A DNA stretch of 63,680 nucleotides, the filler included, from Collodictyon triciliatum (taxonomy: Eukaryota): NCBI GenBank assembly GCA_043381765.1. It is 9 parts of 9 records of this genome, joined end to end, with 100 filler letters (N's around TTAATTAATTAA, not from the genome) between each part and the next. Parts side by side here need not be neighbours in the genome. Positions count along the whole stretch, not along the records: positions 15,857 to 21,910 come from JBHJMP010003722.1; positions 22,011 to 29,835 come from JBHJMP010003724.1; positions 29,936 to 38,054 come from JBHJMP010003725.1; 6 more parts are not named here. One strand, given 5' to 3'. The notes below the pieces were generated by a model. That model searched no databases, was not told where the DNA came from, and saw nothing but the letters and a program-made list of their open reading frames with translations. Positions 20,701 through 36,600 of the stretch are shown in pieces. The position numbers and the translations under genes were made by a program. How positions within the stretch are numbered: the stretch's first letter is position 1; each line of letters opens with the position of its first letter.

Positions 20701-21719
20701 CACACAAACATTAGTTTTCTTTTCCTATTTTTTAACAAAAAAAGAAGAAAAAAGGCGAACTGGAGAGGTGATATAGCTTCAATCAAAGTATAGTGGGATC
20801 ATTTCAACTTTCGATTCGTAACACTATTGCATCCACACTACAGATATTGAAGGATTCACAACTTTATCTGAGTCTATTACCGCTGAGGCACTGGTCGAAA
20901 TCCTGGCAGACTATTTGGAAGAAGTGTCTAGCATTATCATCGCAACCAGTGGAACTGTGGTTGACTTTATTGGTGACGCTGTTGTGGTGAGAAAATCATA
21001 TTTGCATATGCTTTAGATAAAATTTAGCTCTATGTCGAGCCTCTGTTGAGAGATACCTTCAGCCTACAACAGATCCTGATGATATTCATCACGTTTAATT
21101 TAAATCAACACAAAGGCCATATGGAATGCACCCTCTGACGTACCTGACCACGCCTTGTGCGCTACAACCTGCGCAGTGCGCTACATGGTACGGTTATTAT
21201 TTATCCCGATATTATTATGGTTGACTCAGAAAATGATTGATTCGATAATTAACTTAATTTCTAACTTATTTATTCTTTTCTTGGACAGCGCATAATGGCA
21301 GAGCTCAACAGCAAATGGATATCGAAGAGACTGCTGAAAGAGCCTCTCAACGTCAGAATTGGAATTCACACAGGCCCAGTTTATGCCGGCAACATTGGAT
21401 CCTCCAAGCGTATGAAGTACGACTCTATCGGAGACACTATGAATCTTGCATCCAGGTAATTCATTTCCCATCCACACTAAACTTTGATGACCGGAATGTT
21501 CTGGTGGACTGCATGGGTTTAAGGCTTAGACGCACACATCTGAGCAAAGTCAAAAAAAAGACGTCGCTAATTCCTCGATTACATTTTTTTTTATAAAAAA
21601 AGACTTGAAGGCTTGAACAAACGCTACAAGACCAACGTCATAATTAGCGAAGAGACACGCAATTCAATTCAACCACGCATGGTATCCCGACCATTGGAAT
21701 ATGTGGTCGTGAAAGGAAA
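17738..21719 (+). CDS. Receptor-type class III nucleotide (adenylyl/guanylyl) cyclase: TM-dCache-TM-HAMP-cyclase; 3'-truncated
   Basis: N-terminal TM helix; Cache motif YNASTRVWYTAAVKKKGPTWSPVY..KIIGVSGIEM; second TM; HAMP (RPLNIVADAMQNISKLDF..EIRMIQSSFQVM); SFGKFVP..RRNVTVMFTDIEGFTTLSE..VVDFIGDAVVAIWNAP..RIGIHTGPVYAGNIGS..YDSIGDTMNLASRLEGLNK..VVKGK. Confidence 0.94.
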
Positions 21720-21811
21720 GTAAGTATGCCCCTCACTTGCAAGCAAATTATCAAGGCAGCTTCAAATGACAGCTACCTATATATACACTATGATGCTTTA
21801 TCTCACTGACT

Positions 21812-21851
<40 letters not shown>

Positions 21852-21910
21852 CCCTAATCATATCTTATTAATTTCAATAAATTTTTGTACACCCACAAAA
21901 AAAAGGAGAA

Positions 21911-22010
21911 NNNNNNNNNNNNNNNNNNNNNNNNNNNNNNNNNNNNNNNNNNNNTTAATTAATTAANNNNNNNNNNNNNNNNNNNNNNNNNNNNNNNNNN
22001 NNNNNNNNNN
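21911..22010. other. Artificial contig-joining spacer
   Basis: 44N-TTAATTAATTAA-44N. Confidence 0.98.
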
Positions 22011-22279
22011 TTATCATCATCATCATTATCATCATTATATTCTTTTTTTTTTGTTTTCTTTTCCTACCAGTGTTTCTTTTTATTTTATATAACTTGTTGA
22101 CAGAGGTTCAGTCCTTTTTCCCTACTGTGCATATGTAGTGGATCGGATTCCTTGCTTATTTGTATACACTATTTTACAAAAACCACCCTCTTTTTTTTAA
22201 ATAAAAAAGCGATGATAAATCCTTAAGGTATCTCCCTCCCTCTTTCTTTTATGTGAATCTATCGCGCTTGTGTTCTTAG

Positions 22280-24406
22280 GACATAATCCCGTCATGTAAG
22301 CATCACATCATGTCGGCGATCGTGACAAAAGCAGAGATCGCTGGAGTTCCCAATTGCTTCCAGGTTACCTTCTCCAGCGCGCGCACTTCTTTTACCCTTC
22401 AAGCCAGTTCTGCGTCTGACTTGGATGGATGGCTCAACGACATCCAAAAGGCCAAAGTACCGCCGATTTGTTTTCATACTACCTTATGATAGAGTTGCTA
22501 TTAACACTGTTTGTAATGATGATATTGACGATGTCAGTATCGTGCGTGCATTAAGCACCATAAAACGAAGGACGTCTGTTTTATTTATAGCCTCACAGAT
22601 GTGTTTACATATTCAATTCACAATAGGATGCGTGTAAGTCGCGTGTTGCAAGCATAGAAGTAGCCACTGCTCAAAGAGGTTTGCTTGTATTATAAATGTG
22701 TTCGTCTTTACCCATAATAATCAATACAATATTATTAAATTTTGAAATTTATTTCTTCAATCATTTATTCATTTGCACTTGGGTCCTTCTATTTTTGAAG
22801 GAGCTGCCAGCCTCAACATACTCGATGACCAAGGAAATGCCCTTATTCACCGATTAGCATATTTTGGCCGTGATTTGGATTTAGGAGCACTGCTTGACCA
22901 GGTTTAAAACATGAAAATTAGGATTAATTTTTTGAATGAAAACAAATTCCAAATACCTGTTACCCAGTGTGCATTTATGCAAACTTATTATATAGTCATA
23001 TGGCATCTTTACTATTTCTAGTTTTCTTGAAATATTTTCTCCAAGATTTTTTTTTTCCTTTATTCGATTCAAAGTGTAGCGAGGTTATGCCAATATTTTC
23101 TCCAAGATAAAATTGAGTCTTTTTTTTTTATTCTTGATTTAGGGAGCCGATATTAACTTGGCGAATATTCGAGGTGATACAGCAATTCATCTAGGTGTCC
23201 TTGAAGGAAGAGACAAAACTGTGCAGATTCTTCTCAAGCGCGGCGCTAAAGTAGGATTCACACTGTTGTCTAATTCTTTATATAATATATACATCTTGCT
23301 TAGTATCTTATGTATCCATATGATATTTCTAGAAAAATGTTTATGTTAACTGGAGGGTTAAAATAATTATCACCAGGTTGAAATCACCGACAAGCGAGGA
23401 TGTACTCCCTTGCATTTGGCTGCTTTAGCTGGCCGTGAAAAGGTACACGCTTCATCCCATCGTAACTAATGGCTCTGCATTAGACATATGATCAATTATT
23501 TGAGGAAATATGGCTTCTTTTCTATTAAAAATGCTTTGTATCGGGTGCAAACATGGATGAATGTAAATGAGCTACTATTTTTTATGCAGATTGTTGGATT
23601 TTTGCTAGAGTCTGGAGCCAACCCTTATCATAGACACGCCAATGGGAAACTTCCTGTGGATATGACCCAGAAGCGCAAAGTTCGAGATATTTTAATAGGT
23701 TATTATATTCTTTTATATATTTGAACCAGATTCAAATAGACAACATATTGTCTTTTTAAAGGCATAAATTTGGAAGTGTTTTTTTTTGTTTTGTTTTGTT
23801 TTTGTTAATCATAACCTAAAATTCCTTGAATCGAAAAAAGGTAAAATAAATCATAATCGAAATTTATTTTGGGTGCAAATAGAAAGATTTAGTGACCTTT
23901 TTGTTAAACACATACGAATGAAAGAGAAAAGAATCTCAAACAATATATTATGAAAAAGCTGCATGCCAGAGCCGACCAGCACAAGAAATATTTGGCAAAA
24001 ACCTATCTGATGCCATATCAATTCGTCAGTCGATCGAGCCAGATGCTATACTGCCTTATATAATCGAGGACACGATTCTTTTCCTCGAAAAAAATGGTAA
24101 CCATACCAACATAAGCACTCTATCTATTAAAATAATTCTTGATAAGGGATTTTTTTTCATTACTGTTTCACAGTGTATTTAGCGATTGTTACATCAACTT
24201 ATTAGTATTTGTTTATTTTCTAAATTCATGTGAAACGGTTCTCTCTTAGCCATGGATATTGAGGGCATATTTCGTATTTCTGGAAGTGCTACGGAAGTAC
24301 AATCTTGGAAGGAAAAATATCAAACAGGTATTTCTTTTTTTTAATTAAAAATTCCTTCTTTCTATTTCACGTACTTAGAATATTAGACCATTAAGCTAAC
24401 AATAGC

Positions 24407-24503
<97 letters not shown>

Positions 24504-24815
24504 TGGATGGTAGGTTATCGATTGGACTTGACAAAAGCCATCGACCCAAGTATTTATTATTTTTATTTAAGAAATGCGTGCGGGTGTATTTTATGTGTTT
24601 AAATTCAATGCCATTAAACACACCGCCAAAACTGAACTATAAGATTCCATCTCTGGTATCTTGAAATTGTACTTGCGAGAACTCCTGGAACCCATCGTGC
24701 CCTACGAACTATATGAAGAGTTTATAGAGCTCGGAAGTAAAAAATTCTGAAAATTACCACCTAATTCCCCTCTATATTCGATTCAATACAAATATACCAT
24801 CTGAATCATTCCAGA

Positions 24816-24872
<57 letters not shown>

Positions 24873-26729
24873 AAGTCTTGTATAGTCATTTAAAAAAAAC
24901 CAACCTGAACGCAGCAATAATTAAACAGCCGTCTTTTTTCTTCTTTCTTTCTTAAGGTTTGAAATTCTGATTTTATATCTATTCACATGAACAGAGGAAT
25001 CTCCCATCTCGATAGAACGATTGATGTCATCAGTCCAAAAGCTCCCTAAATGTAACCTTGCTGTCCTGCGGAAAGTGATAAATTTCCTCCATGTGGTATC
25101 AAAGAATGAAGCAGTCAACAAAATGACAAGTGGGAATCTTGCCGTTGTTTTTGGTCCCAACTTGATAAGGTAGAGCGGTGGTGTACAAAATACATATACC
25201 AAGTAACTCATTCTAAATGTCACCATTGACAAACACCCCATATGGCAGGCCAAAGGACCCATCTGTTCTTCAAATCATGAATGACAACCCTTCCATCCAA
25301 AAGATTATATCAACACTCATTGATGTAAAATTTATTTTAATGGTTTTTTTTTTTTTTGTAAATTACAGTTACTTCTATGAGTCACACATTATGATAATGG
25401 ATAATATTTGACGATTTTTTTAAAAAGAAAATTTCCCCATTAATACTAACCTTATTAATCAACAATCGGTTGCAGTCTGGAATTGAGAAGGAGAATATAC
25501 AAAGCCCATCATCAAATATAGCGACAGTCGGCGTGGCAGCTGCTGAACCTGTGCCGTTTGGAAGGCAATCAACCGCGGTGACGGATATCGAAGATGATGA
25601 GAATGTGCCAGTAACATTTTTGTCTGTCTCTGCTTTATACGATTTCGAGGGAGAATCAGGAAACAACGACCTTAGCTTCAAAACGGGCGAAATCATCCTT
25701 GTCCTGCAACAAGGTATGTGCCAATCTAACACTTTTGTCGGGGAAAATGGTAAGAGCAACAACCCCACGTGCAGCCAGTATTTGATGTAAAAATTAGAGT
25801 TTCTTCTCTCCTTCGCCACATTTGAGAAGCTTGCAAATTACTATATTGAAGCACAATCATTTTTGTATAGGAGGGGATGGATGGTGGTTTGGCTCGTTGA
25901 ATGGAAGAACAGGCTTCTTCCCATGCAACTTTGTTGCTTATTTGGTTAGTTTGGCGTTGATTGCTCAGTCACTATTTTTTTTTTTTTTTATTCTTCGTTT
26001 CAAGTTTTGTGCAATTAATTTAATCACTATAGCGCATGTTATTTTATGAATTTCATTGAAAATGATTATATCTTTGATTTGATATGGCGTAGTTTGCTTT
26101 ACAATTTTAAATTATCAAACTGAAGAAATCGGTACATTCATACAGGACCCAAGTGATACGATTAGTGCAACACTTCGTGAGATTTTATGGCGTCCATTCT
26201 AATTTTTTTTTATTTCTTGATTGCGCTTTTTTATTTATATTATTATTATTATTATTAATATTAATATTATTAAAGAATAATTGACATACTTCTACGAGAC
26301 TTGATTATATATTGAGCTGTTATTCTTATTTCACACGCACAGAGAATTAATCTCATGAAAGCATATATACTTTACGTTGCATTCCTGTCCATGCTTGAGG
26401 ATAACCATTTCTTTTGCAGCAGCGGACGACGGAGATGATCTCCAAAGCACAGCCGAGATGGCTTCTTCACTCGCGATGAATGACGACTTTGAAAATTGTA
26501 TTGTCCGCGAAATAGAAGGGTTGAGTGTAGAACAATTGCGAGAGTTTGTCCAAAAGCAAAGCGATGTTATCCAAAAGCTTCTAGAAAAAAATAGATTGCT
26601 GGAAGCAAAATTGCAAGGTTGTAAATACATTAGACAAATGTGTATATTGAATCAAATACAGAAAAGCTATTGTTATACTAAGTTATTCATTTTATCCACA
26701 AATCTCTTCAATCAGATTCGAAGGCGTAA
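22280..26729 (+). CDS. PH - ankyrin repeats - RhoGAP - SH3 - coiled-coil protein; 5'-truncated
   Basis: PH end (NCFQVTFSSARTSFTLQASSASDLDGWLNDIQKAK); ankyrins (GDTAIHLGVLEG, GCTPLHLAALAG); RhoGAP (IFGKNL, EGIFRISGS arginine finger, LKLYLRELLEP, NKMTSGNLAVVFGPNL); SH3 (ALYDFEG..LSFKTGEII..WWFGSLNGRTGFFPCNFV); coiled coil; TAA at 26727-26729. Confidence 0.92.
24405..24501. repeat. (AAT)n microsatellite, intronic
   Basis: Direct reading. Confidence 0.95.
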
Positions 26730-27387
26730 AGAAGAAAGGAAACTCAAATCACTCTTTGGTGATTTATTTCCTCGTCCTATCATTCCTTCCTTCTTTTTTA
26801 TTTTTATTTTCTTATTGCTTAATCCTTCCTTTTTTTTTCCTTTTTGGATTTATTGCTTCTGCTTAACCGAGACGGACCAAACTTTCTCATCAATTTATAT
26901 TGGAAAAATCGAGCCATACACAAAAACTCAAACGCAGAATGAAAGAAAATCCAAAACAAATAAACGAATAAGTATCCTGAAGCCTCTGCAGAATCGGAAT
27001 CAACTACATATGATTTGGGCGCTTTCCAGATAAAAATGAAAATGAATTATAATAAAGTAAAAATAACCAATAGAGTTGACATCCGAATGGTGACATATGC
27101 AGAGAAATCAATGGAAACATGACACGCAACAGCGCCGATTCTTTTATCCGATGTTAATGATTCATAGCGGCGTATCAGCGGAGCCGACAGAGCGACCAAG
27201 CTCTGTGGTTTTCTTTCTTTATGTCTGTCCTTACTATGTGTCTCATTCCTTTTTCTTTTCTTGTTTTGTTTCGCTTCTTTTTGTTTTTGTTTTCATCTTT
27301 ACTTGAGTATCTGTCATGTGGGGGTAAACGCAGAATCCTGCAGCAAAGAGATAGACTGAAGGGCGTATGATACAGCGATACGCATTC

Positions 27388-29671
<2,284 letters not shown>

Positions 29672-29735
29672 CTAAACAATGTTAGGACATTAAAAAAAAC
29701 ACCATGTTAAAATACAAATGGAAAATTTTGGTTTG

Positions 29736-29835
29736 CATACACACATACATACATACATACATACATACATACATACATACATACATACATACATACATAC
29801 ATACATACATACATACATACATACATACATACATA
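29736..29835. repeat. (CATA)n microsatellite at contig end
   Basis: Direct reading; (CATA)n also ends contigs at ~37946-38054 and ~53793-53887. Confidence 0.95.
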
Positions 29836-29935
29836 NNNNNNNNNNNNNNNNNNNNNNNNNNNNNNNNNNNNNNNNNNNNTTAATTAATTAANNNNNNNNN
29901 NNNNNNNNNNNNNNNNNNNNNNNNNNNNNNNNNNN
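29836..29935. other. Artificial contig-joining spacer
   Basis: 44N-TTAATTAATTAA-44N. Confidence 0.98.
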
Positions 29936-30042
<107 letters not shown>

Positions 30043-30165
30043 CATCAATATCAATATCATCACCATAGTCATATTCATTTGAGAAATGTAACCAATTTGA
30101 ACTTTAGCAGAGCCCAATTTTTATATTTCCATTAATAGCAATTCAAATATATTTTTTTGGCGTAG

Positions 30166-33100
30166 GACATTTCGTGACCGGTTAGTGGACGAAAAAGACA
30201 CAAATTGGTTCAACAATCTCCTACAAGAGATGTTGGAGTTTCATTTTCAAGAGAGTTGGGAGGTGTCCAACTTTAAGAATCTCTTATTTGGAGATTTCAT
30301 GAACTCTGCAAATGAAGCAAGGTGTTCTTTTATTCGTATTTATTTGATTACAATACGATTTAAATCTAATTGACTGGGGAGTGAAAATTACTTATAGCTT
30401 ATAAATGGGTTTGGTGTACCGCAAGCTGAAAATGATCATGTACCGTTGAAGATACTATACTGATATATAGGAATGTAGTGAATGTCTTAAAATTAAGACA
30501 CAGTTTTTTTTAATAGATATTACCGCTGTATTACTGAACCTGAAGAACAAATTTCAGCTACTCTAGCGACCCATATGGATGCATATAACTCATCGCATTC
30601 ATCAGAGCTTAAAATCATTTTCTTTCAGGTAAATGTAGCTCCTTTCTATCTTAAAAATATAAAAATACTGATAATGCAAGTATTGTATAATTCTCATTCA
30701 AATATGTAGGAAACAATCCATTTATTGTGCCGTATATGCCGGATAGTTCGCCGTTCAAGAGGAAATGCTCTTTTGATTGGAGCCAATAGTAGTGGCCGAA
30801 AGAGTCTAACAAGATTAGCATCCCATATATGCGAATTAAGATGTGTGTTGCTGCATTTTGATGAAAGTTATGAGGAATCAAAATTTAGGGACGACTTCAA
30901 ACGAATAGCCCTGGATGCTATGTTAAAAGATGAACAAATCGTATTAATACTGCCTGACCTACAATTCAGCTACTTGTCATTTTTGGATGATATAAGCATT
31001 TTTCTTGCAAATGGCGACATTCCTGATTTATTTACTGTAGACGAAAAGGAAAGGATAGTTACTGGGTTTCGAGGAGTACGTTTTTTTTTTTTTTTTAAGA
31101 TTAATGCTGGTTTTATTCTTATAGTATGAATGCCATATGTTGGATTGAAATCATAACTTAATTGGCCATGGTTTGTATGTTCAGGGGAATGCGAATGACA
31201 CAAAGGATGATATTTGGCTCAAATTCATATCAAGGCTAAGAGATAATCTTAGATTGGTTTTGTGTGTGAATCCTGAAAGCGATGTACTAAAAAATAGCCT
31301 TTGGGTATACCCGTCACTCCTAAATTATTGTGCGCCCTTGTGGTTCTGTGAGTGGTCCGATCAAGCTCTTCTCTCGGTGGCACTGAATTCATATAGCAAA
31401 GTAGATTTCTCATCAGAGACATTAGCATCTTCTCTCAGTGAATTATCAGTAAGATATTGTCTCAATTGTTTGCGCACTTATAATGTTTTATAAAACAAAA
31501 AATGATTATGACATTGATAATGATAATGACAAAGACAAAGACAAAGACAAAGAAAAGCATTAATATGAAGTTGTCCACAAAAAGATAAGATGAACACCCG
31601 AATCAATACTTCTTAGTTTTTATACAAAAATCTAACAATAAATATAAGGTATTCATTCACAAATCTGTATCGCAAGCTTCTCATGAATTAGCAGATTCAT
31701 ATGTTAAGCTGAGTTTCGTCTCTTCGGCCAGTAACATCCTACCATTTTATAACATTTTCCTTGTCTTCATATAAATGCATATTTATATGATCAATCTCTA
31801 TTTGATATTTGCATAATTTATCGCACGATTTTTCTCAAACTGAGTGTTATATTATTTTATTAATTTGCTGCTACTATTAATTGGTTCAGGTTTCGTAGAT
31901 TTTTTGGGTCTATATACGGAAATGCTGGAAAAACAGAAAAATGAGCTAAAGTATAAACAAGTACGATTTTCTGGCGGGGTCGCCAAACTAACCAGTGCCA
32001 GCGAACAAGTGTCTGAAATGAGAATCGAACTCGACAAGCTCCAGGTTATTTATTATTCTGTTTGCTAATGCAAATATATGTAATCAATCAGCTGATAGTC
32101 ATTACTATATGGAGTAGACAACACTTCAAGAAGCAGCAGCAGATACATCAACTTTACTCGAGCAAATTAAAAGAGATCAAGTCAATTAATTATTTGATTG
32201 TTATTCTATAGGTTCTTCACATGAATTTTTTCACTCACCTTATGTTTTTATTTTATTTTATTTTGTTGAAAAGGTTATAGCCTCCGATGTGCGTATGATG
32301 GTCGAAAAAGAAGAGTTTGATGTTATGACTATTACTAAACAAGCAGAATCTATACGAGATGAGGCTGAGAAGGATTTAGATCAGGTATGTAATATGACAT
32401 GTGAAATCAAAGTACTTGAATATGAAAGCTGTTTTGGTACATCGTAGGCTATGCCAGCATACAACGCTGCATTAAAGGCACTTAAGATGCTGAATAAAGG
32501 AGACATGAATGAAATCCGCTCATTTGTGAATCCCCCATCACAAGTCACTATGGTTATGGAAGCGATAAGCGTTTTAAAGGTGTTTTCTTCCTCTTTTTTT
32601 TTTTTTTAAAAAAAAAAAATAGATATCATTTGGACTAGTTCATTCATGAATATTTTTAAAATATTTTTAATTTGCGGTTCCCTCGGCTTTGTTTTCTCTC
32701 AATAAACTGTTGAAAAGAAACCAAAAAAATATTCTTAATTTGTTCAACTATGTACTCTTTATATATATCATTCTCCATTTAACCGCAATAGAACAAACCA
32801 ACCAACTGGGAAGATGCAAAAAGAATCCTTTCAGACCCAAACTTCCTCCAATCACTTGAGAGTTACGACAAAGAAAATGTTTCTGAAGTACAGCTACAAA
32901 AATTAAAGAAATACACAACTTTACCACAGTTCCAACCAAACCAAATGGATAAGGTAGCCGATCTTTGATTTTCCCGCAGGCTGCGCAAATATTTTTAATA
33001 TATTTTCTGAAAATAGTCATATTCAAACGCTTTTTTTTTTTATTGGTACATCCCTCCTATAATTTCATCTTGGCTAGCTTTCATATATTTTTAACCCCTC

Positions 33101-33636
33101 ATTTTTACTAAGGTCTCCAAAGCCGCGAAAGCATTGTGTATGTGGGTTAGAGCGATCGAACAGGCAAAATATTAAGAATTTAGTCAATATGTCTGATCAT
33201 TTATAAGAGAATGCCTATAATTTAGAGGCAAAGGCGGTTTCCTCGGCTTTGTTTTCTCTCAATAAACTGTTGAAAAGAAACCAAAAAAATATTCTTAATT
33301 TGTTCAACTATGTACTCTTTATATATATCATTCTCCATTTAACCGCAATAGAACAAACCAACCAACTGGGAAGATGCAAAAAGAATCCTTTCAGACCCAA
33401 ACTTCCTCCAATCACTTGAGAGTTACGACAAAGAAAATGTTTCTGAAGTACAGCTACAAAAATTAAAGAAATACACAACTTTACCACAGTTCCAACCAAA
33501 CCAAATGGATAAGGTAGCCGATCTTTGATTTTCCCGCAGGCTGCGCAAATATTTTTAATATATTTTCTGAAAATAGTCATATTCAAACGCTTTTTTTTTT
33601 NNNNNNNNNNTTTTTTCTAAAAAAAAATAAATAAAG

Positions 33637-33689
<53 letters not shown>

Positions 33690-36600
33690 CTCAACATTGA
33701 AGCATTTTATATTCTATATTTTAGTACATGGACATATACAAAATCGTTCTTCCCAAGCGCGAAAAGCTTGCAGGAGTAGAGCAATTACTTTCACATGCTT
33801 TGAAAGTATTGCGAGAAAAACAAGATAACCTCTCGGAGGTCCAGGTACTTTAAAGTGAACGATATTATCCCATGCTGTACATGTAGCTGTTTTATCTACT
33901 GCGAAAATAATACTTTTTTTTTAAAACAAAACAAAACAAAACAAAACAAACCAAACCAAACCAAACCAAAACAAAACCTCATTTATTTACACTACATCAG
34001 AGTCGAATCACTGAACTGCAGCTGAGGTTTGATGCCAGTGAATCGAAGAGAGATGAAATTCAAAGGAACTATAACGACACAATTGTTCGAATGGATAGGT
34101 TCAGACATGATATACACGACTAGCATGTGTGCAAATGACCCTTTCAGATATCAAAATGTTTATATTTGTTATTATATTCTAATTTCCATGTGCTATTAAA
34201 CGTTCTGATTTTCTCTTCGATTTAAAGAGCTGAAAAGTTGGTTCGGGGGCTCGACAATGAAAAGAAAAAGTGGGTGTCAGCAATATCAGATATGGATTCA
34301 AAGGTAAAGTATCTTTACGGACATGGCCTCTTATCAGCTGGAATTATATCATATTTGGGTCCGTTCACCCAAATGATGCGCAGTAAGTTTGTAACAAGTT
34401 GGAAAGATAAGGTAAGGAATCCATGAATACTTTTTTTTTTTAAAAAAAAAAACCTGTGTTCGAGAGCGTAGGTTTGAATGGAATCTGAAAACCTATATTG
34501 ATTGTATTTCCTTTAAGGCAAAAGAGTTACAAATTCCAGTGGAAGAAGACTTTAATTTCACAAATTTCATTGGAGAAGACACAAAAATTCGGGAGTGGTC
34601 AAATATGGGGCTTCCTTCAGGACACGTTTCTGTGGAAAATGGGCTTATAACATGCCTGACAAAAAAATGGCCTCTCTTGTTAGATCCCCAAGATCAATCC
34701 CGAAAATGGATAAAAAACATGGAATCCCCGAACAAATTACAGGTATTTTACTAGTCTACTTTTGCCTTTCTTTTTGTATTACACGCCCATAGTCCTTTCA
34801 ATATCATTAAAATATTGTGTTGCCTATTAAATATTCATACATCGCTGAATTAGACAATTAAGGTCACCGACCCTAACTTTAGTAAAATCTTGGAAACATG
34901 TCTAAAATCAGGAAATCCAGTATTCTTGGGTTAGTCTGACTCTCAATTATGGCCACACTATACTATTTCTTTTCAATCCATTCAAATGATATCAGTCTTC
35001 ATTCATTATAACTGATACTCAAACGTCCATGTTGTTTTAGAATGTTTAAGTTGACATAATCAATTATCAAACATTCATCCTATTTAGAGGATATTGGAGA
35101 TGTCTTGGATCCAATGCTCGTGTCTGTTATACACAAACAAGTTACGGTGAATTCTGGGCGCAGGTTCATAAAAATCGGGGATAATCAGTGTGAATATAAT
35201 CCTGATTTCCGGTACATTCAATTAATCTTACCATAATTTCTCATATAAAATTGATCAGATTACACTCTCCTTTATATGAATCACTAATATTTTTCCGAGC
35301 TTTGCCTTTGAGGGGATGTAATGCAGTTATTTTCTAATGCAAGACAATTGCCATCCAAATTTTTCCCTCCAAAAAAAAAAAAAAAACGTACAGGCTATAC
35401 ATGACTACAAAATCAAACACACTGAAGTTTCTTTCCGAAATTTCGTCCAAGGTCACTCTGATTAACTTCCGTGTGACCCCAGGAGGGCTGGAAGACCAGC
35501 TTTTGTCAGAGGTCATAAGAGTAGAGAAACCATCCCTGGAGGAGCAGAAAGAAAGCGTTGCTGCGCAATTAGGGCAAGACCAAAGATCTCTGGTTGATAT
35601 CGAGAACAGAATATTGTCCCTGCTAGTCGGCTCTCAAGGGAATATACTCGATGACGAAGTGTTGATACATACCCTCAATGCCAGCAAACAAACAGCAGAG
35701 GATATAGCTCGACGCATGAATCTTGTGCTTAGACTTTATTTCATTTCACTATTGTTTTTTTTTAATTTGCATCTTGTCTAGTTCATGATAATTGACCCTT
35801 TCAAATATTATTAGTCGAAAACAACTTCACAGTCTATTGAACAAGCCCGTGAGGAATATCGGTTGGTTGCCAATCGAGGGTCCCTTTTATACTTTGTTGT
35901 ATCTGATCTCTGCGCCATAGAGTCCATGTACCAATTCTCTCTGGAATTTTTTGCTGCTCTTTTCGTGCATTGTATTACAACGTCCCCTTCTGCATCGTCA
36001 ACAGGTTTTTGTCACACGCTACCTTGCTCGCTTTGACATACCCACCCTCCTCTTTTTTATTTTTATTTTTCTTCTTTTTCTTTTCTTTTCTTTTCTTTTC
36101 TTTTCTTTTCTTTTCTTTTCTTTTCTTTTCTGTTGTCAAAGATATTATTGAGTAAACTAAATATAATAGATTTAAGAATCTCCAACTTTATGGAGACAAT
36201 CACGCAAACCGTATTTAGCCTCATTTGTCGCAGTCTTTTTGAAAAAGACAAAGTCTTATTTTCATTCATGATTACTGTCAGCATTATGAAGGCAAAAGGT
36301 TTGTTTAGGTTTTTTTTTTCTTACCCAGTTAGTTTCATTTTATCCTCATGTCTATTCACATATATACTTTCCTTCATTTGTAAATACATTTATTGCACCA
36401 TGAAGCCATCATAACCAGAGGTTTTTTTTTTTTTTTTTTTTACTTTAACCTTTACTAGGTGAAATCTCTTATACTGAATGGACCATGTTTATTAATGGGG
36501 ATGCTCTCAACGAAACGGAAGACAATTCAACAGTTGTCTCGCAACCTGATTGGATCTCCAGAGGTCATTCTAATTTTTGATATTTAATAAACTATGATTA

